64,000 nt of DNA from Candidatus Heimdallarchaeum aukensis (lineage in GTDB: Archaea > Asgardarchaeota > Heimdallarchaeia > Heimdallarchaeales > Heimdallarchaeaceae): the NCBI GenBank assembly GCA_021513695.1, contig CP084166.1, positions 1,952,001-2,016,000 of the forward strand, given 5' to 3'. The notes below the pieces were generated by a model that did not search any database, was not told where the DNA came from, and saw only the letters and a program-made list of their open reading frames with translations. A program made the translations under genes and the position numbers. Position 1 is the first letter of the stretch. Each line of letters starts with the position of its first letter. Positions 1 to 10,831 of this stretch are shown piece after piece.

Positions 1-203
1 TTGATTATATGCTAGCTTTGTTTCTATTTTAGCTAAATTAGCGTATCTCTTTTCATCTAATATCTTGTAAAATTTTTCAATGAAATCTTTCTCTTTACTT
101 ACAAACAGTGAACGTAAGAAACCAATTAATTTCATTTATACAAACCTTCCTTTTCATCTCAAAGATTTTTTTGGCCTTTATATAATTTTCATATGTATAG
201 TAA

Positions 204-1136
204 TTGATAATAATGGAAAACATAGATAGAATCTCTTCAGGAATTAATGGAATAGATAAATTGCTCTATGGAGGATTTATAAAAAACTCGATCAATTCTA
301 TTGTTGGGAGTAGTGGAACTGGAAAAACAACTTTTGCATTAGCATACCTACAACAAGGAATAATGGCAGGAGACGATGTTTTATATTTGTCATTTGAAGA
401 AGAACCGAAGAAGTTAATATCAGAAGGAAAATCTCTCGGTATTAATCTTGAAGAAAAGCACGAAAACATAAGTGAAGTCATTCATTTAGTAGAAAGTGAG
501 AAAATAGTAGAGTTTATGACAGAGATATTACCTGCACTTGCAAAAAAACTTAAAACTCAACAAGTTAAGCACACAAGAATTGTATTAGATCCTTTAACCC
601 CAATTCTTTGGGAATTCACATCAGAAAGAGAGCAAAGAAGAGTTTTGACAAAAGTCTATAATTACTTAAGCTCTTTAGGAACAGTATTACAAACAGTAGA
701 AGAACCGAATGCATTTGGGCAAACAGATATTGGTGCAAGTGAGACAAGAGTGCCAATTTACTTATCAGATACTGTTATCCACATCCAAAACTTAGGTTTA
801 GGTGGAAAGTACAACCGAACTTGTAAAGTAATAAAATCACGGAAGACTGCACATTTAGAAGGAATTTACCCATTAAGATTTAACTATGGAACAGGAATTG
901 AAATTGAAACAGGGGTTGAACATGAAACATCTTTTAACGCATACTTAGTGGAAAGAAAAAAAGAAATTTTAGAAAAATTGAAACTATGGTCTAAATCTAA
1001 TGATAAAAAACAGCGTGCAATAGCTGAAATTGGGATTGATCTAATAAAAAAACCAAATAGGAAAAATCAAGAGACAACTTACGAGATAATAAAATTACTT
1101 GCAGATAGTGGTATAGTTCAAGAGGTAAAAAGATGA
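204..1136 (+). CDS. KaiC-like RecA-superfamily ATPase
   Basis: Walker A GSSGTGKTT follows the N-terminal 'GIDKLLYGG' motif typical of KaiC/RadA-like archaeal ATPases. The stop overlaps the next gene's start (ATGA). Confidence 0.6.
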   Translation: MIIMENIDRISSGINGIDKLLYGGFIKNSINSIVGSSGTGKTTFALAYLQQGIMAGDDVLYLSFEEEPKKLISEGKSLGINLEEKHENISEVIHLVESEKIVEFMTEILPALAKKLKTQQVKHTRIVLDPLTPILWEFTSEREQRRVLTKVYNYLSSLGTVLQTVEEPNAFGQTDIGASETRVPIYLSDTVIHIQNLGLGGKYNRTCKVIKSRKTAHLEGIYPLRFNYGTGIEIETGVEHETSFNAYLVERKKEILEKLKLWSKSNDKKQRAIAEIGIDLIKKPNRKNQETTYEIIKLLADSGIVQEVKR

Positions 1137-1492
1137 GTTCTATTAATAGAATAAAATCTGAATTAGAAGATTTACTTGAATTAGAAGATGTAGAAGCAGT
1201 GGTATTGTTTAGAATCGACGGAAGTGTAATTGAATCATCATTTGACAATAATTACACAAGCAGAAAAATAAGAGTGTTACAATGGTGTAAAGATAATATC
1301 CCAAGAGTTTCACAAGAAATGAGAGGGAATAACCTTCAAAAAGTCACTTATGAGCTTTCTGACACATGTATTCTATTTTTTGCTATAGGAAAAATTGGAA
1401 TATTGACAACGTTAGCGAACAATACTGCAAATTTGAGTCTATTAGCTGTAGAAACAAAAAGAAAAGCTAGTATAATTGAGAACTATATGTGA
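1133..1492 (+). CDS. Roadblock/LC7 (MglB-like) domain protein
   Basis: About 119 aa. The pattern 'VEAVVLFRIDGSVIESS' resembles the Roadblock/LC7 fold. It is translationally coupled to the upstream ATPase and sits in an operon with a Ras-like GTPase. Confidence 0.5.
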   Translation: MSSINRIKSELEDLLELEDVEAVVLFRIDGSVIESSFDNNYTSRKIRVLQWCKDNIPRVSQEMRGNNLQKVTYELSDTCILFFAIGKIGILTTLANNTANLSLLAVETKRKASIIENYM

Positions 1493-1501
1493 GGGGTTTT
1501 T

Positions 1502-2809
1502 TTGCAAGTAAATTCAGGAATAGTGAGTAATCGCTCTCTCAAAAAAGTAGTAAAAGGGTTAATTAATGATGTAATTTTTGAAATTAAAGGCATACCTGAT
1601 TTCTTACTAATAGCTTTTACATCAAAATATAAGCGATCAGACTATAAAAAAGCACTAGAATTAATAACACAAGAAACAGGAATAAAAAATTTAATTGGAG
1701 GGACATTTCCAACCATAGGAGTCCAAAATGAAATTCCAACAACTCAAGGAGGGGCAGCGTTTACTTTCAAGGGAAACGAAATAAAAGTTCAAAGACCAGT
1801 CATCTACAAAAATATTAGAACAAAGAAAAAGAAGTTTATCAGTGAGTTTCCAAGAATCTACAATTCTATAAAAGCAAAATCAAAAATATCTTTTGTCCTT
1901 TCTACGGGACCAAAACTTCAACCAAATGCGATGGAACAGCTAAAATTACTTGATAGTTATCCTGCAATAAAATATCAAAACATGTTCAATGTACTTGGTT
2001 CAGGGTTGGAATGGTTCTTAGGAAAACAAGGTCTAGGAACTGGAAGTTATATAGATGAATTATTAAATTATTTAGCAATAAATAATGTTTCAGACTTAAT
2101 TGGTGGTGCAACTTTTGATATTGATCTACAAGACAACTATCAGTTTGTAAATAATTTCATTCATAGCAATTCTTTAGTAGGCACCAGTTTCTCATCCGAT
2201 ACGATTAAATTCGGACATAGTTGGGCCTTTGATAAATCAGAAAAGACTAGAGAATACTCTATCACTCATAAATTGAAGAGTGGATATATCCAGAAAATAA
2301 ACGGAGAAAGAGCAAATAACCAGCTTCTACAAATAATGGATCTCCCGAGTAACATATACAATGAATTTTTTGAGAGATTTTCTTACGCAAACGCACTTTA
2401 TCTTTCAGGAATTAAAGAAGAAGATGGCGACTATCATCCATTTATGACAGCAAATCATCCAAAGCTGAAAGGAGTTGTTTCTACCCTACCTCCGAGTAAA
2501 ATAACTAAAAAACCTATAAAAGCAGAGCTGTTCACACAGTCAGGATTGGGAATACAAAGATCAGCTTATGAGTGTGCAAATAAAGCAGTAAAAGAAATTA
2601 TTAATCCAAAATTCGGAATTTTCATCAATTGTGCAAATAGGTTATTGATTGCAGGAGACAAGATTGCTGAAGAAAATAAGAAACTTGCAGAAAGGTTAGG
2701 AGAAGATGTGCCATTCATCACTTTATATTCTGGTTGTGAATTCTCAATTTTCAATAAAAAACCAATGTATACAACTGTTTCTATCCATGGACTCGTAGCT
2801 GGAGAATAA
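1502..2809 (+). CDS. hypothetical protein (435 aa) between the Roadblock and GTPase genes; function unknown, weak FIST-like impression only
   Basis: Long intact ORF on the same strand with a 9-nt gap from the Roadblock gene. I recognise no diagnostic motif. Confidence 0.5.
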   Translation: MQVNSGIVSNRSLKKVVKGLINDVIFEIKGIPDFLLIAFTSKYKRSDYKKALELITQETGIKNLIGGTFPTIGVQNEIPTTQGGAAFTFKGNEIKVQRPVIYKNIRTKKKKFISEFPRIYNSIKAKSKISFVLSTGPKLQPNAMEQLKLLDSYPAIKYQNMFNVLGSGLEWFLGKQGLGTGSYIDELLNYLAINNVSDLIGGATFDIDLQDNYQFVNNFIHSNSLVGTSFSSDTIKFGHSWAFDKSEKTREYSITHKLKSGYIQKINGERANNQLLQIMDLPSNIYNEFFERFSYANALYLSGIKEEDGDYHPFMTANHPKLKGVVSTLPPSKITKKPIKAELFTQSGLGIQRSAYECANKAVKEIINPKFGIFINCANRLLIAGDKIAEENKKLAERLGEDVPFITLYSGCEFSIFNKKPMYTTVSIHGLVAGE

Positions 2810-2851
2810 AAAATTGTGGTGTTTTAAATAGTTAAAGTAGTTGACTTAACA

Positions 2852-3439
2852 ATGATCTCGGAAAATTGGAAAACAAAAAAAACTCTGAAAATTGCAATAT
2901 TGGGTGAAGGTTCTGTAGGAAAGACAACAATATCAAAAAAATATTCTGAAGACTTATCTGAAACAGAAAAAATTACAATGACAAAAGGAGTCGACATTGC
3001 GGTAAAGAATCTTATTCATAAATCTACGCCCATTGCTTTACAAATTTGGGATTTTGCGGGTCAAAAGCAGTTTCGATTTATGATTGATATTTTCCTAAGA
3101 GGAGTAAAAGGAATCGTATATGTCTATGACGTAAACGATATAGAAACATTATACCTGCTTTATGAATTTGTAGAAATTGTGCGAAATTATTTTAAAGAAA
3201 ATAATATCTCCCAGGTCCCAGAAGTACTTGTAGGAAACAAAATTGATATTGGTGATGCAGAAGTTTCAATTGAAGATATATACAGCTTTATGAATACTCA
3301 CAACATTGAAAAGCATTTTCTCGTTAGCGGAATGTATGGAGATAATGTTTATCCATTATTTGATTATTTAATAGAAAAAATAGTCTTTGATGAGTCTAAG
3401 GAGCATATCTCTACAATAAATCAATATTCACTTAAATAA
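2852..3439 (+). CDS. Ras-superfamily small GTPase
   Basis: G1 GEGSVGKTT, G3 WDFAGQ and G4 VGNKID are all present. Confidence 0.75.
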   Translation: MISENWKTKKTLKIAILGEGSVGKTTISKKYSEDLSETEKITMTKGVDIAVKNLIHKSTPIALQIWDFAGQKQFRFMIDIFLRGVKGIVYVYDVNDIETLYLLYEFVEIVRNYFKENNISQVPEVLVGNKIDIGDAEVSIEDIYSFMNTHNIEKHFLVSGMYGDNVYPLFDYLIEKIVFDESKEHISTINQYSLK

Positions 3440-3494
3440 TGACTATAACTCTTTCAATTTCATATGTTTTACAAACTGATAAAGGGAGAAAAAA

Positions 3495-3815
3495 ATGGAA
3501 AAATTTCAACAATTCATTAATAAAACTCTTGTCTGTTCTAAATGTAATAGAAAATTAGACTTCAAAATCGATAGGAAACAACTTGAAGAATTAAGGAATA
3601 GCCAATTATTCAACTTTGTTATAATGCATGCCAACGATCATACTTTAGTAATTTCGGTTGATGGAAGGGGGGAAATTAGAAGATCAAGAATTGCAACCTT
3701 GAATGCTATTGAAGAAGAGAAAAAAAGTAATAATGCTTTTCAAGATATCCAAATTATTGAAGAAAGTAATAACTTACGAGAAGCTTTTGTAAACTGGTTT
3801 GAAAAAAAGAAGTAA
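3495..3815 (+). CDS. small hypothetical protein with N-terminal CxxC
   Basis: 106-aa ORF downstream of the GTPase with a purine-rich stretch (aaagggagaaaaaa) before the ATG. No family recognised. Confidence 0.35.
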   Translation: MEKFQQFINKTLVCSKCNRKLDFKIDRKQLEELRNSQLFNFVIMHANDHTLVISVDGRGEIRRSRIATLNAIEEEKKSNNAFQDIQIIEESNNLREAFVNWFEKKK

Positions 3816-3826
3816 AAAGAGAGAAA

Positions 3827-5119
3827 TTATTTAGGAACTACGTCCTTAACTATTCCTACAGCAACAGTTTGACCCATATCTCTAACTGCAAAACGGCCAA
3901 GTTCTGGGAATTCACTGTATTTTTCAATAACCATGTCTCTTGTGGGGATCATTTTAACTATTGCTCCATCCCCATTCTTCAAGAAGGCTGGCTTATCTTC
4001 GGTTTGGCCTTTACTCATCTTTTTAACAAGTTCAGCAAATCTTACAGCAACTTGGGCAGTTCCTGCATGAATTACTGGAGTGTAACCTGCAGCTATAGCT
4101 GATGGATGTCTAATAACTTGTACTTGAGCTGTGAACTCTGCTGCGATGGTTGGTGGGTTTGAAACATGTCCTACAACGTCTCCTCTACGAACATCTTTCT
4201 TTGATAACCCTTTGCAACTAAATCCGATGTTGTCACCAGGTTCAGCTTTAGGAATTTGCTCATGATGCATTTCAATAGACATGACTTTTGCTTTTTTACC
4301 AGTTGGTTGGAAGATAACTTCATCATTTGGTTTAAGAACACCAGTCTCCACTCTTCCTACTGGAACAGTTCCTATACCAGTAATTGTGTAGACATCTTGA
4401 ACGGGTAATCTAAGAGGTTTGTCTATTGGTTTCTTTGGTACTTCAAATTTATCTAAGGCTTCTAGAATTGTTGGTCCTTTATACCATGGCATTTTGGTGG
4501 ATTTATCTTTTAAGTTATCTCCATCCATACCACTGCAAGGAACAAATTCGACCTTATCTAAATTAAAACCAAAACGTTTTAATTCACGACCCATTTCGTT
4601 TTTAATTTCTTCGTATCGTTCTTGTTTATAATCTGCAAGATCCATTTTATTAACTGCAACAAGGAACTGATCGACACCCAATGTTTTTGCAAGAAGAGCA
4701 TGCTCTCTTGTTTGACCAGTTGCGCTAATTCCTGCCTCAAACTCTCCAGTTCCAGCGCTGACTACTAAGATAGCGGCATCTGCTTGTGAAGTTCCTGTGA
4801 TCATGTTTTTAACAAAGTCTCTATGGCCTGGAGCATCAATGATTGTGAAATAATATTTGTTGGTTTCGAATTTGTAGAAAGCAAGATCGATGGTTACTCC
4901 TCTTTCTCTCTCTTCCTTGAGCTTATCTAAGACCCAAGCAAATTTGAAACTTCCACGGCCGATAGATTCTGCTTCTTTTTCATATTTTGCCATTTCTCTT
5001 TCGCTTATGCCTCCGCATAAATAAAGTAAATGGCCAGTCATTGTTGATTTTCCATGATCAACATGACCAATGATTACTAAATTTAAGTGTGGTTTTTCCT
5101 TTGAACTCATATTTAACAC
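3827..5119 (-). CDS. tuf: translation elongation factor 1-alpha (aEF-1A)
   Basis: GHVDHGKST and DAPGHRDF are present, with EF-Tu/EF-1A conservation along the full length. Confidence 0.95.
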   Translation of the reverse strand: MLNMSSKEKPHLNLVIIGHVDHGKSTMTGHLLYLCGGISEREMAKYEKEAESIGRGSFKFAWVLDKLKEERERGVTIDLAFYKFETNKYYFTIIDAPGHRDFVKNMITGTSQADAAILVVSAGTGEFEAGISATGQTREHALLAKTLGVDQFLVAVNKMDLADYKQERYEEIKNEMGRELKRFGFNLDKVEFVPCSGMDGDNLKDKSTKMPWYKGPTILEALDKFEVPKKPIDKPLRLPVQDVYTITGIGTVPVGRVETGVLKPNDEVIFQPTGKKAKVMSIEMHHEQIPKAEPGDNIGFSCKGLSKKDVRRGDVVGHVSNPPTIAAEFTAQVQVIRHPSAIAAGYTPVIHAGTAQVAVRFAELVKKMSKGQTEDKPAFLKNGDGAIVKMIPTRDMVIEKYSEFPELGRFAVRDMGQTVAVGIVKDVVPK

Positions 5120-5626
5120 CTTTAAGTTTCTAGATGTACTTACTATTATTCAAGTTGTACTTGAATAACACCCAAAGGTTCATTTTTAAAAGCATTTTGG
5201 TTTTGATGTTTTTTGCTAGAGGTTAGCTAACATCAGATTTCTTTGAGTTCTTGTGGTTTTGGGGTGAATAGTGACTGTAATGCTTCTCGAAATATCTCTT
5301 TGAAAGGGCTAAAGGAACTTTGTTTGTCCTTCACTAATTTCTGGTCTTCTTCTCTTCATTTCTCACGTGAGAAGAAAAAACCTTTTTTCTGGTTTTAGTG
5401 CTCGAGAAGTGCTCAATCTTCTCTTCTGGTACAATAAGTGGTTAGTTTTTCTCTCTTAACTTTCCTTTGAGTAAAATTACGTCGAACAATTTGTACAAAA
5501 ATTAAGTTTATGAAAATTTATTGTAAAAAAACTTTTTAAAAAATCGACCCTCACCAAATAAGCAATAATGAATATAGAAATATAAAAAATGACAAGATTT
5601 AACAAATGTTAAAAACTGTTAAGTAT

Positions 5627-6433
5627 ATGAGCTTTGACAAAACAATTTTATTAACCAATGATGATGGAATTGCTTCATTAGGTCTACAAAGTTTAAGGAG
5701 AGAATTAGCAGAATTAGGGAATGTTATCTGTATTGCCCCAAGGTCCCCAAGTTCTGCAATATCAAAAGCTCTTACTTTCCATAAACCAATAAGGTACAGA
5801 TCAGTAAAATTTGAAGGAGGACAAAAAGGTTATAGTACTTCAGGTTCTCCTGCTGATAATGTACTAGTTGGCTTTCATTTACTAAATAGAAAACCAGATA
5901 TTGTAGTTTCAGGTATAAATTATGGAGATAATAGTTCAATTCACTCCGTTTTAACATCTGGTACCTGTGCTGCTGCATTTGAAGCAGCCTTAAATGGTGT
6001 TCCCGCAATTGCTTTTTCATCAGATGTTGCAGATGATGCACAATTAATAGAACAAGATGGAGTAAACTTTGAACCAATGGCAAAGATTGCAAAAAATATA
6101 ACAAAAGTAGTATTAGAAACAGAGTGGCCAAAAAATTTAGCTTTTTTGAATGTTAATTTTCCTGTAGAAATTACAGACGAAACAGAGATGTTTATAACTT
6201 TTCCAAATTTATACAAATATGATAACTACATGATCGCAAAAAAAGATCCGAGAGGACTACCTTATCTTTGGCTGTGGGGAGAAAGAAAAAAATCCTTTCC
6301 AGAAGGTTCAGACACATGGGCAGTTATTGAAAAAAAGGCCATCAGTATTACTCCTATCGGATTTAATCTTCATGCAAAAACAGAAGAAACATCAAAATTT
6401 TTAGAATATATTCAAAACAAAGTTAAGGGTTAA
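5627..6433 (+). CDS. surE: 5'/3'-nucleotidase SurE
   Basis: N-terminal ILLTNDDGI, plus SGINYGDN and SGTCAAAFEAALNGVPAIAFS. The ORF track starts at 5606; the second Met at 5627 fits SurE N-termini better. Confidence 0.8.
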   Translation: MSFDKTILLTNDDGIASLGLQSLRRELAELGNVICIAPRSPSSAISKALTFHKPIRYRSVKFEGGQKGYSTSGSPADNVLVGFHLLNRKPDIVVSGINYGDNSSIHSVLTSGTCAAAFEAALNGVPAIAFSSDVADDAQLIEQDGVNFEPMAKIAKNITKVVLETEWPKNLAFLNVNFPVEITDETEMFITFPNLYKYDNYMIAKKDPRGLPYLWLWGERKKSFPEGSDTWAVIEKKAISITPIGFNLHAKTEETSKFLEYIQNKVKG

Positions 6434-6452
6434 GACTACAATTAATAAAAAA

Positions 6453-7859
6453 TTAACTATTAACATTTTTTTCTCCATAGTAAATAATAGACCACGGATA
6501 TTTAACTACGATTTCACTAATTACTCTACGGACTTTATTCTGTTCTGAGGTGTTATTATAAAATAAAATAAACACCTTTCCTCCTCGACTACGTTTCATC
6601 TTCTGATATACAGTTTTTGGACTATTAACTAAATCATAAACAATTAATACATCTGTTTGTGGAATATCAAGGTCACGTTCTCCAACAGAAGAAATTAATA
6701 ATACAGATTTTTCTTTCGCATTTTTAAAATTTATAAGAGGTTCCGCTTTTATAGTTGTTTTTCCTTCTAATACATAAACATTATAGCCAATAGATAAAAA
6801 TTGTTTTTTTAATGAGTAAATAGATGATAAATATGAACATAAAATAACAACTTTTTTGAATCTTTGCGCGACTTTTATTGTATAATTTTCTTTTCCTGTT
6901 TTCTGAGGATAGGGGGGCAATTGTTCAGGAGAAAATCCAAATCTAAGTAGATGTTTCCAAAAAGAGGAAACAGGCATAGAATAAACGTATTTCCTTAAAA
7001 TTAAAAGGTGATTTAACTTTTTTATTATTTCAGGTTCAATATCGAGAAATTGAAGATCATTTAAGAACATCTCATCGTTCTGAAGCTCACTAGAATGATC
7101 TTTCTTTATATTATCCTCTATTTTTTTAATTTCAAGTGATAGGAAATCTATAACTTCTTTTATTGAATCATCGTTTACTGGGTGAAGATAAATTTCTGTA
7201 TGGGTAATATAATTATTAATATCTGTTTTATTAAGATCTTCAAGATAAATGATATCAGTATTTGGAAAAAAGTCTAATAACGTAGACAATTCTTTTCTTT
7301 TGAAAACTTTCTTATCACTAGAGATTGTATGATAATCTCTTAAAGTCCCACTCATTCCTATAAATCTACAATGACTAAATCTAGATATTATGTGATTCCA
7401 TGGATTTCGCAATACTGTGTTATAACTAATTCTTCGAATTATAGTATCGATTTCATTTATAATTATTATATTAAAGGAAGATGCAATATTAGGGTACTTT
7501 TTGATTGTATTCATAAAAGATAAAGGTAGTGTAAGTATTATCCTGCTATTTTCTAAGATATATTTTCTTTGGATTGAACTGTGTTTTGAATGAACAACCC
7601 CTAAATCTTCAATGCCTCCATATCTATTGTTTAAGTAATCTTCTGTTTCTTGTAAACTTGATTGATTTTGAAGAAAAATCAAGATTTTCTCTTTTAAAAA
7701 AGCTTCTACTATTAAACGATAAATAATTACTCTTTTTCCCATCCCACAATCAAGTTCTAAAATAACATTCCGATTGTTATTAACAGAAGTCAAAATACGA
7801 TCAATTATATAGTTTTGATACTCACGATTCTCAATTCGATTTGATTCCAAAATCCTCAA
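6453..7859 (-). CDS. superfamily-2 helicase
   Basis: Q-motif-like EYQ, P-loop LDCGMGKR, a DExx-like box IINEID, and C-terminal motifs V/VI (SSVGERDLD, QKMKRSRG). Confidence 0.55.
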   Translation of the reverse strand: MRILESNRIENREYQNYIIDRILTSVNNNRNVILELDCGMGKRVIIYRLIVEAFLKEKILIFLQNQSSLQETEDYLNNRYGGIEDLGVVHSKHSSIQRKYILENSRIILTLPLSFMNTIKKYPNIASSFNIIIINEIDTIIRRISYNTVLRNPWNHIISRFSHCRFIGMSGTLRDYHTISSDKKVFKRKELSTLLDFFPNTDIIYLEDLNKTDINNYITHTEIYLHPVNDDSIKEVIDFLSLEIKKIEDNIKKDHSSELQNDEMFLNDLQFLDIEPEIIKKLNHLLILRKYVYSMPVSSFWKHLLRFGFSPEQLPPYPQKTGKENYTIKVAQRFKKVVILCSYLSSIYSLKKQFLSIGYNVYVLEGKTTIKAEPLINFKNAKEKSVLLISSVGERDLDIPQTDVLIVYDLVNSPKTVYQKMKRSRGGKVFILFYNNTSEQNKVRRVISEIVVKYPWSIIYYGEKNVNS

Positions 7860-7953
7860 AATAATAAACGAGATTTCTCTATATAAAGTTAAAGAATTAT
7901 AACATAGCTGGTATTTTTGGAGTTTAAATATTTTCGTAGTATATCTCTAATGA

Positions 7954-8988
7954 ATGTCAATTGAAATATCTAATTTAACAAAAATTTACAAAGTAAAAGG
8001 AAGAGATATTATAGCACTAAATAACATTACCTTGTCCATTAAAGAAGGGGAGTTTGTTGGACTTCTAGGACCAAATGGGGCTGGAAAAACAACATTAACA
8101 AAAATATTAGCAACATTGGTATCACCAGATCATGGAACAGCTTTTATTGATAATATAAATATTAAAAATTCTAAAAAAATAAGGCAACTTATTGGGCCTC
8201 TTTTCGGAGAAAATGGAGGTCGGAGCTTGTATTATAGGCTGTCAATATATGACAATTTAATTTTTTATTCAAGTTTAGCCGGTGTTCCAAAAAAAATTGC
8301 AAAAAAAAGGATTAATGCTCTTTTAGATTATTTTGATCTAGATAAATATAGAGACGTATTAGTAATGAAATTGAGCACAGGAATGAAAACAAAAGTATTA
8401 TTTATTAGAACTCTCATACCCAATCCAAAGATATTACTGTTAGATGAACCAACACTTGGTTTTGATGCAAATACTTCAGATAAAGCTAGAAAAATTTTAG
8501 AATATTTCAATAAAAAATTCAAGACAACTATTATTCTTACAAGCCATAATTTTTTAGAAGTAGACAGCTTAACAAAACGCATTGTTCTAATTGATAAAGG
8601 AAAAATAATAAAAGATTGTGCTCCTGAATCTTTTAAACAACTAGCATCTAAAAATTTCATTGACATTCATTTTTCTATGCAAAAATTCAATAAGGAAATC
8701 TTTTCAGCATTAGTTTCACAAGTTGTTGGGGGACAACTAGTCAAAATAAAAAAAAGTGAAATAAAGAAAAATGTCCATATTTTTAATGCACGAATTTTGG
8801 CTAAGAAATTCCCAATCAATGAAACAATTGCACTATTAAATAGGATGATTGTAGAAAGGAGAGGAAAAGTGTTTCAACTACAACCATACCAACCATCATT
8901 GAAAGAGGCATTTTTAGCTTATCTAAATTCTAGTGAAAAAAAGTATGAGGAAAACATGGAACAAAAAATAAAGATTACTAATTGGTGA
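7954..8988 (+). CDS. ABC transporter ATP-binding protein
   Basis: Walker A GPNGAGKTT, signature LSTGMKTK, Walker B LLLDEPT. Confidence 0.85.
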   Translation: MSIEISNLTKIYKVKGRDIIALNNITLSIKEGEFVGLLGPNGAGKTTLTKILATLVSPDHGTAFIDNINIKNSKKIRQLIGPLFGENGGRSLYYRLSIYDNLIFYSSLAGVPKKIAKKRINALLDYFDLDKYRDVLVMKLSTGMKTKVLFIRTLIPNPKILLLDEPTLGFDANTSDKARKILEYFNKKFKTTIILTSHNFLEVDSLTKRIVLIDKGKIIKDCAPESFKQLASKNFIDIHFSMQKFNKEIFSALVSQVVGGQLVKIKKSEIKKNVHIFNARILAKKFPINETIALLNRMIVERRGKVFQLQPYQPSLKEAFLAYLNSSEKKYEENMEQKIKITNW

Positions 8989-8992
8989 GAAA

Positions 8993-9856
8993 ATGGTTAA
9001 TGTAGAGGAAATTCTACCCTTTTTCGTTGATAAGTCAAAAAAATATAACTTTTTTCAAAAAATTAAAGCCATAATTGGAGCTAAAATAAAAACAGCTTTA
9101 AACTATAAAAGTGCATTTTTCATGACTTTGTTTTTAAATATAATATATATCTTCATGTTTTATTTTTTTGGAGAAAACAATATTTCTATTGAAATTCATG
9201 GAGTGTCAATTACATACTTTCAATATGCCTTTGTTGGTCTATCTCTCCAGATGGTAGTAGGAACGGCTTTAGCTTCTACAGAGCAAAATATTCTGCAAGA
9301 AATTATTACTGGAACCTGGTCATCTACTTTTTTCTACTTTAATATTGTAGAATACGCATTAGGAACATCAATAGCAGGAATATTTTTGTCTTCATTTTCT
9401 ATATTGATATCATATGTTATAGCAACAGTTTTTCTAAAGATACCATTTTGGTTTTCCATTAATTTTACTATTTATTTAATTATCCTTTTCTTTTTAATAA
9501 TGCTGTCTTATATATCAATTAGCATATTTTTCAGTTCTTTTTCTATTTGGTACAAAAAGAATATTGGAATAACAAAAATGTTCTATGAATTAACAAAAGC
9601 TTTTACAGGAATCACTTTTCCAATAATTTTGCTGAAAGGATATCCTGTTGCGTGGTTCTTTTCTAGAATAATGCCTTTGACATATGGTCTAAAAGGGATA
9701 TATGCAGTTTTATTTCTAGATAATTTTGATAAGTCAGTCTTAGTAAACGCATCCATTTTGGGAGGATTTACTTTTATTATCGGAGTAATTGGAGTGGTCA
9801 TGGTAAACTTAAGTTTAAGAAAAATAAGAAAGGAAGGAAGTGTATCAATTTATTAG
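8993..9856 (+). CDS. ABC-2 type transporter permease
   Basis: Multi-pass hydrophobic protein immediately after the ABC ATPase. Confidence 0.6.
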   Translation: MVNVEEILPFFVDKSKKYNFFQKIKAIIGAKIKTALNYKSAFFMTLFLNIIYIFMFYFFGENNISIEIHGVSITYFQYAFVGLSLQMVVGTALASTEQNILQEIITGTWSSTFFYFNIVEYALGTSIAGIFLSSFSILISYVIATVFLKIPFWFSINFTIYLIILFFLIMLSYISISIFFSSFSIWYKKNIGITKMFYELTKAFTGITFPIILLKGYPVAWFFSRIMPLTYGLKGIYAVLFLDNFDKSVLVNASILGGFTFIIGVIGVVMVNLSLRKIRKEGSVSIY

Positions 9857-9868
9857 GAGATAAACACT

Positions 9869-10756
9869 ATGTATGAAAGTTTGGAAGAGATAGGAAAAGT
9901 TTTTTCTACAAAACAGATAAAGATCCAATCAATAATCTCTGGATTCAGTGCAATCTTTAAAAGAAATATTTCAATAATAGCAAAATACAAACTAAAAATT
10001 TTCAACTCGTTTTTGAATAGTTTTATTGCATATTCAATGTATTTTTTTGTTTCTTTATTATTACCAAAGAAAGTAATAGCTACAGAAAGCTATACTGTTT
10101 CTGGTGTTTCTTATATTTTTTCTGGATTATTAATTGCATCATACGGTACTACAATCTTAGGAGCAGGATTAGGATCTTTAACTAATGAAATGAGACAAGG
10201 TACTTTTGAATCAATAGTTTTAACACCATATGGCCTTAAAAAATATATTATTATAGAAATAATTTCAGAGGTAATATATTATTCATTTCAGAATATCATC
10301 TTTCTTTTTCCAATTTTGTTAATTTACCCTTTTACAAGCAGTTTAACAAGTTTTACACTAAAAACGATTATGACACTAATAATTTTATTGCTTGCTTACA
10401 TACTATTCATGTCAATTCTTACATTAACATCATCTTTAATAGTTGTAGTATTAAAAAGAGGAAGAGAAATTGCTTTGGCAATTTCAGGCCTACTACACTT
10501 TTTGGGAGGAATTTTGTATCCAATATCAGTTTTCCCAAAATTTCTTCAAGCCATAGCTTTAGCTTCACCGTTAACACAGGCCATATCAGCTTTCAGAGAG
10601 ATATTATTTACTGGTGCAGTGCTAACAAACACAACAGTTTGGAGTGCAATTATTATATTACTGGTTTACGCTTGTGTATTAGTATGTTCATTCAATTGGT
10701 TATACAAAAAAGTCTACTTAATAGTGCAGAAAAAAGGCTCAATATCTCATTATTAG
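9869..10756 (+). CDS. ABC-2 type transporter permease (second subunit)
   Basis: Multi-pass hydrophobic protein in the same operon. Confidence 0.6.
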   Translation: MYESLEEIGKVFSTKQIKIQSIISGFSAIFKRNISIIAKYKLKIFNSFLNSFIAYSMYFFVSLLLPKKVIATESYTVSGVSYIFSGLLIASYGTTILGAGLGSLTNEMRQGTFESIVLTPYGLKKYIIIEIISEVIYYSFQNIIFLFPILLIYPFTSSLTSFTLKTIMTLIILLLAYILFMSILTLTSSLIVVVLKRGREIALAISGLLHFLGGILYPISVFPKFLQAIALASPLTQAISAFREILFTGAVLTNTTVWSAIIILLVYACVLVCSFNWLYKKVYLIVQKKGSISHY

Positions 10757-10831
10757 CTTTTTAAAGTTCTTTATACGCTTTAGATAATTATTAACATTAA
10801 ACCACAATCTAGAAAAAATAAATCAGTACAT

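Noticed and set aside
3869-4631. 77-aa and 70-aa + strand ORFs
   Set aside because: They are antisense inside tuf.
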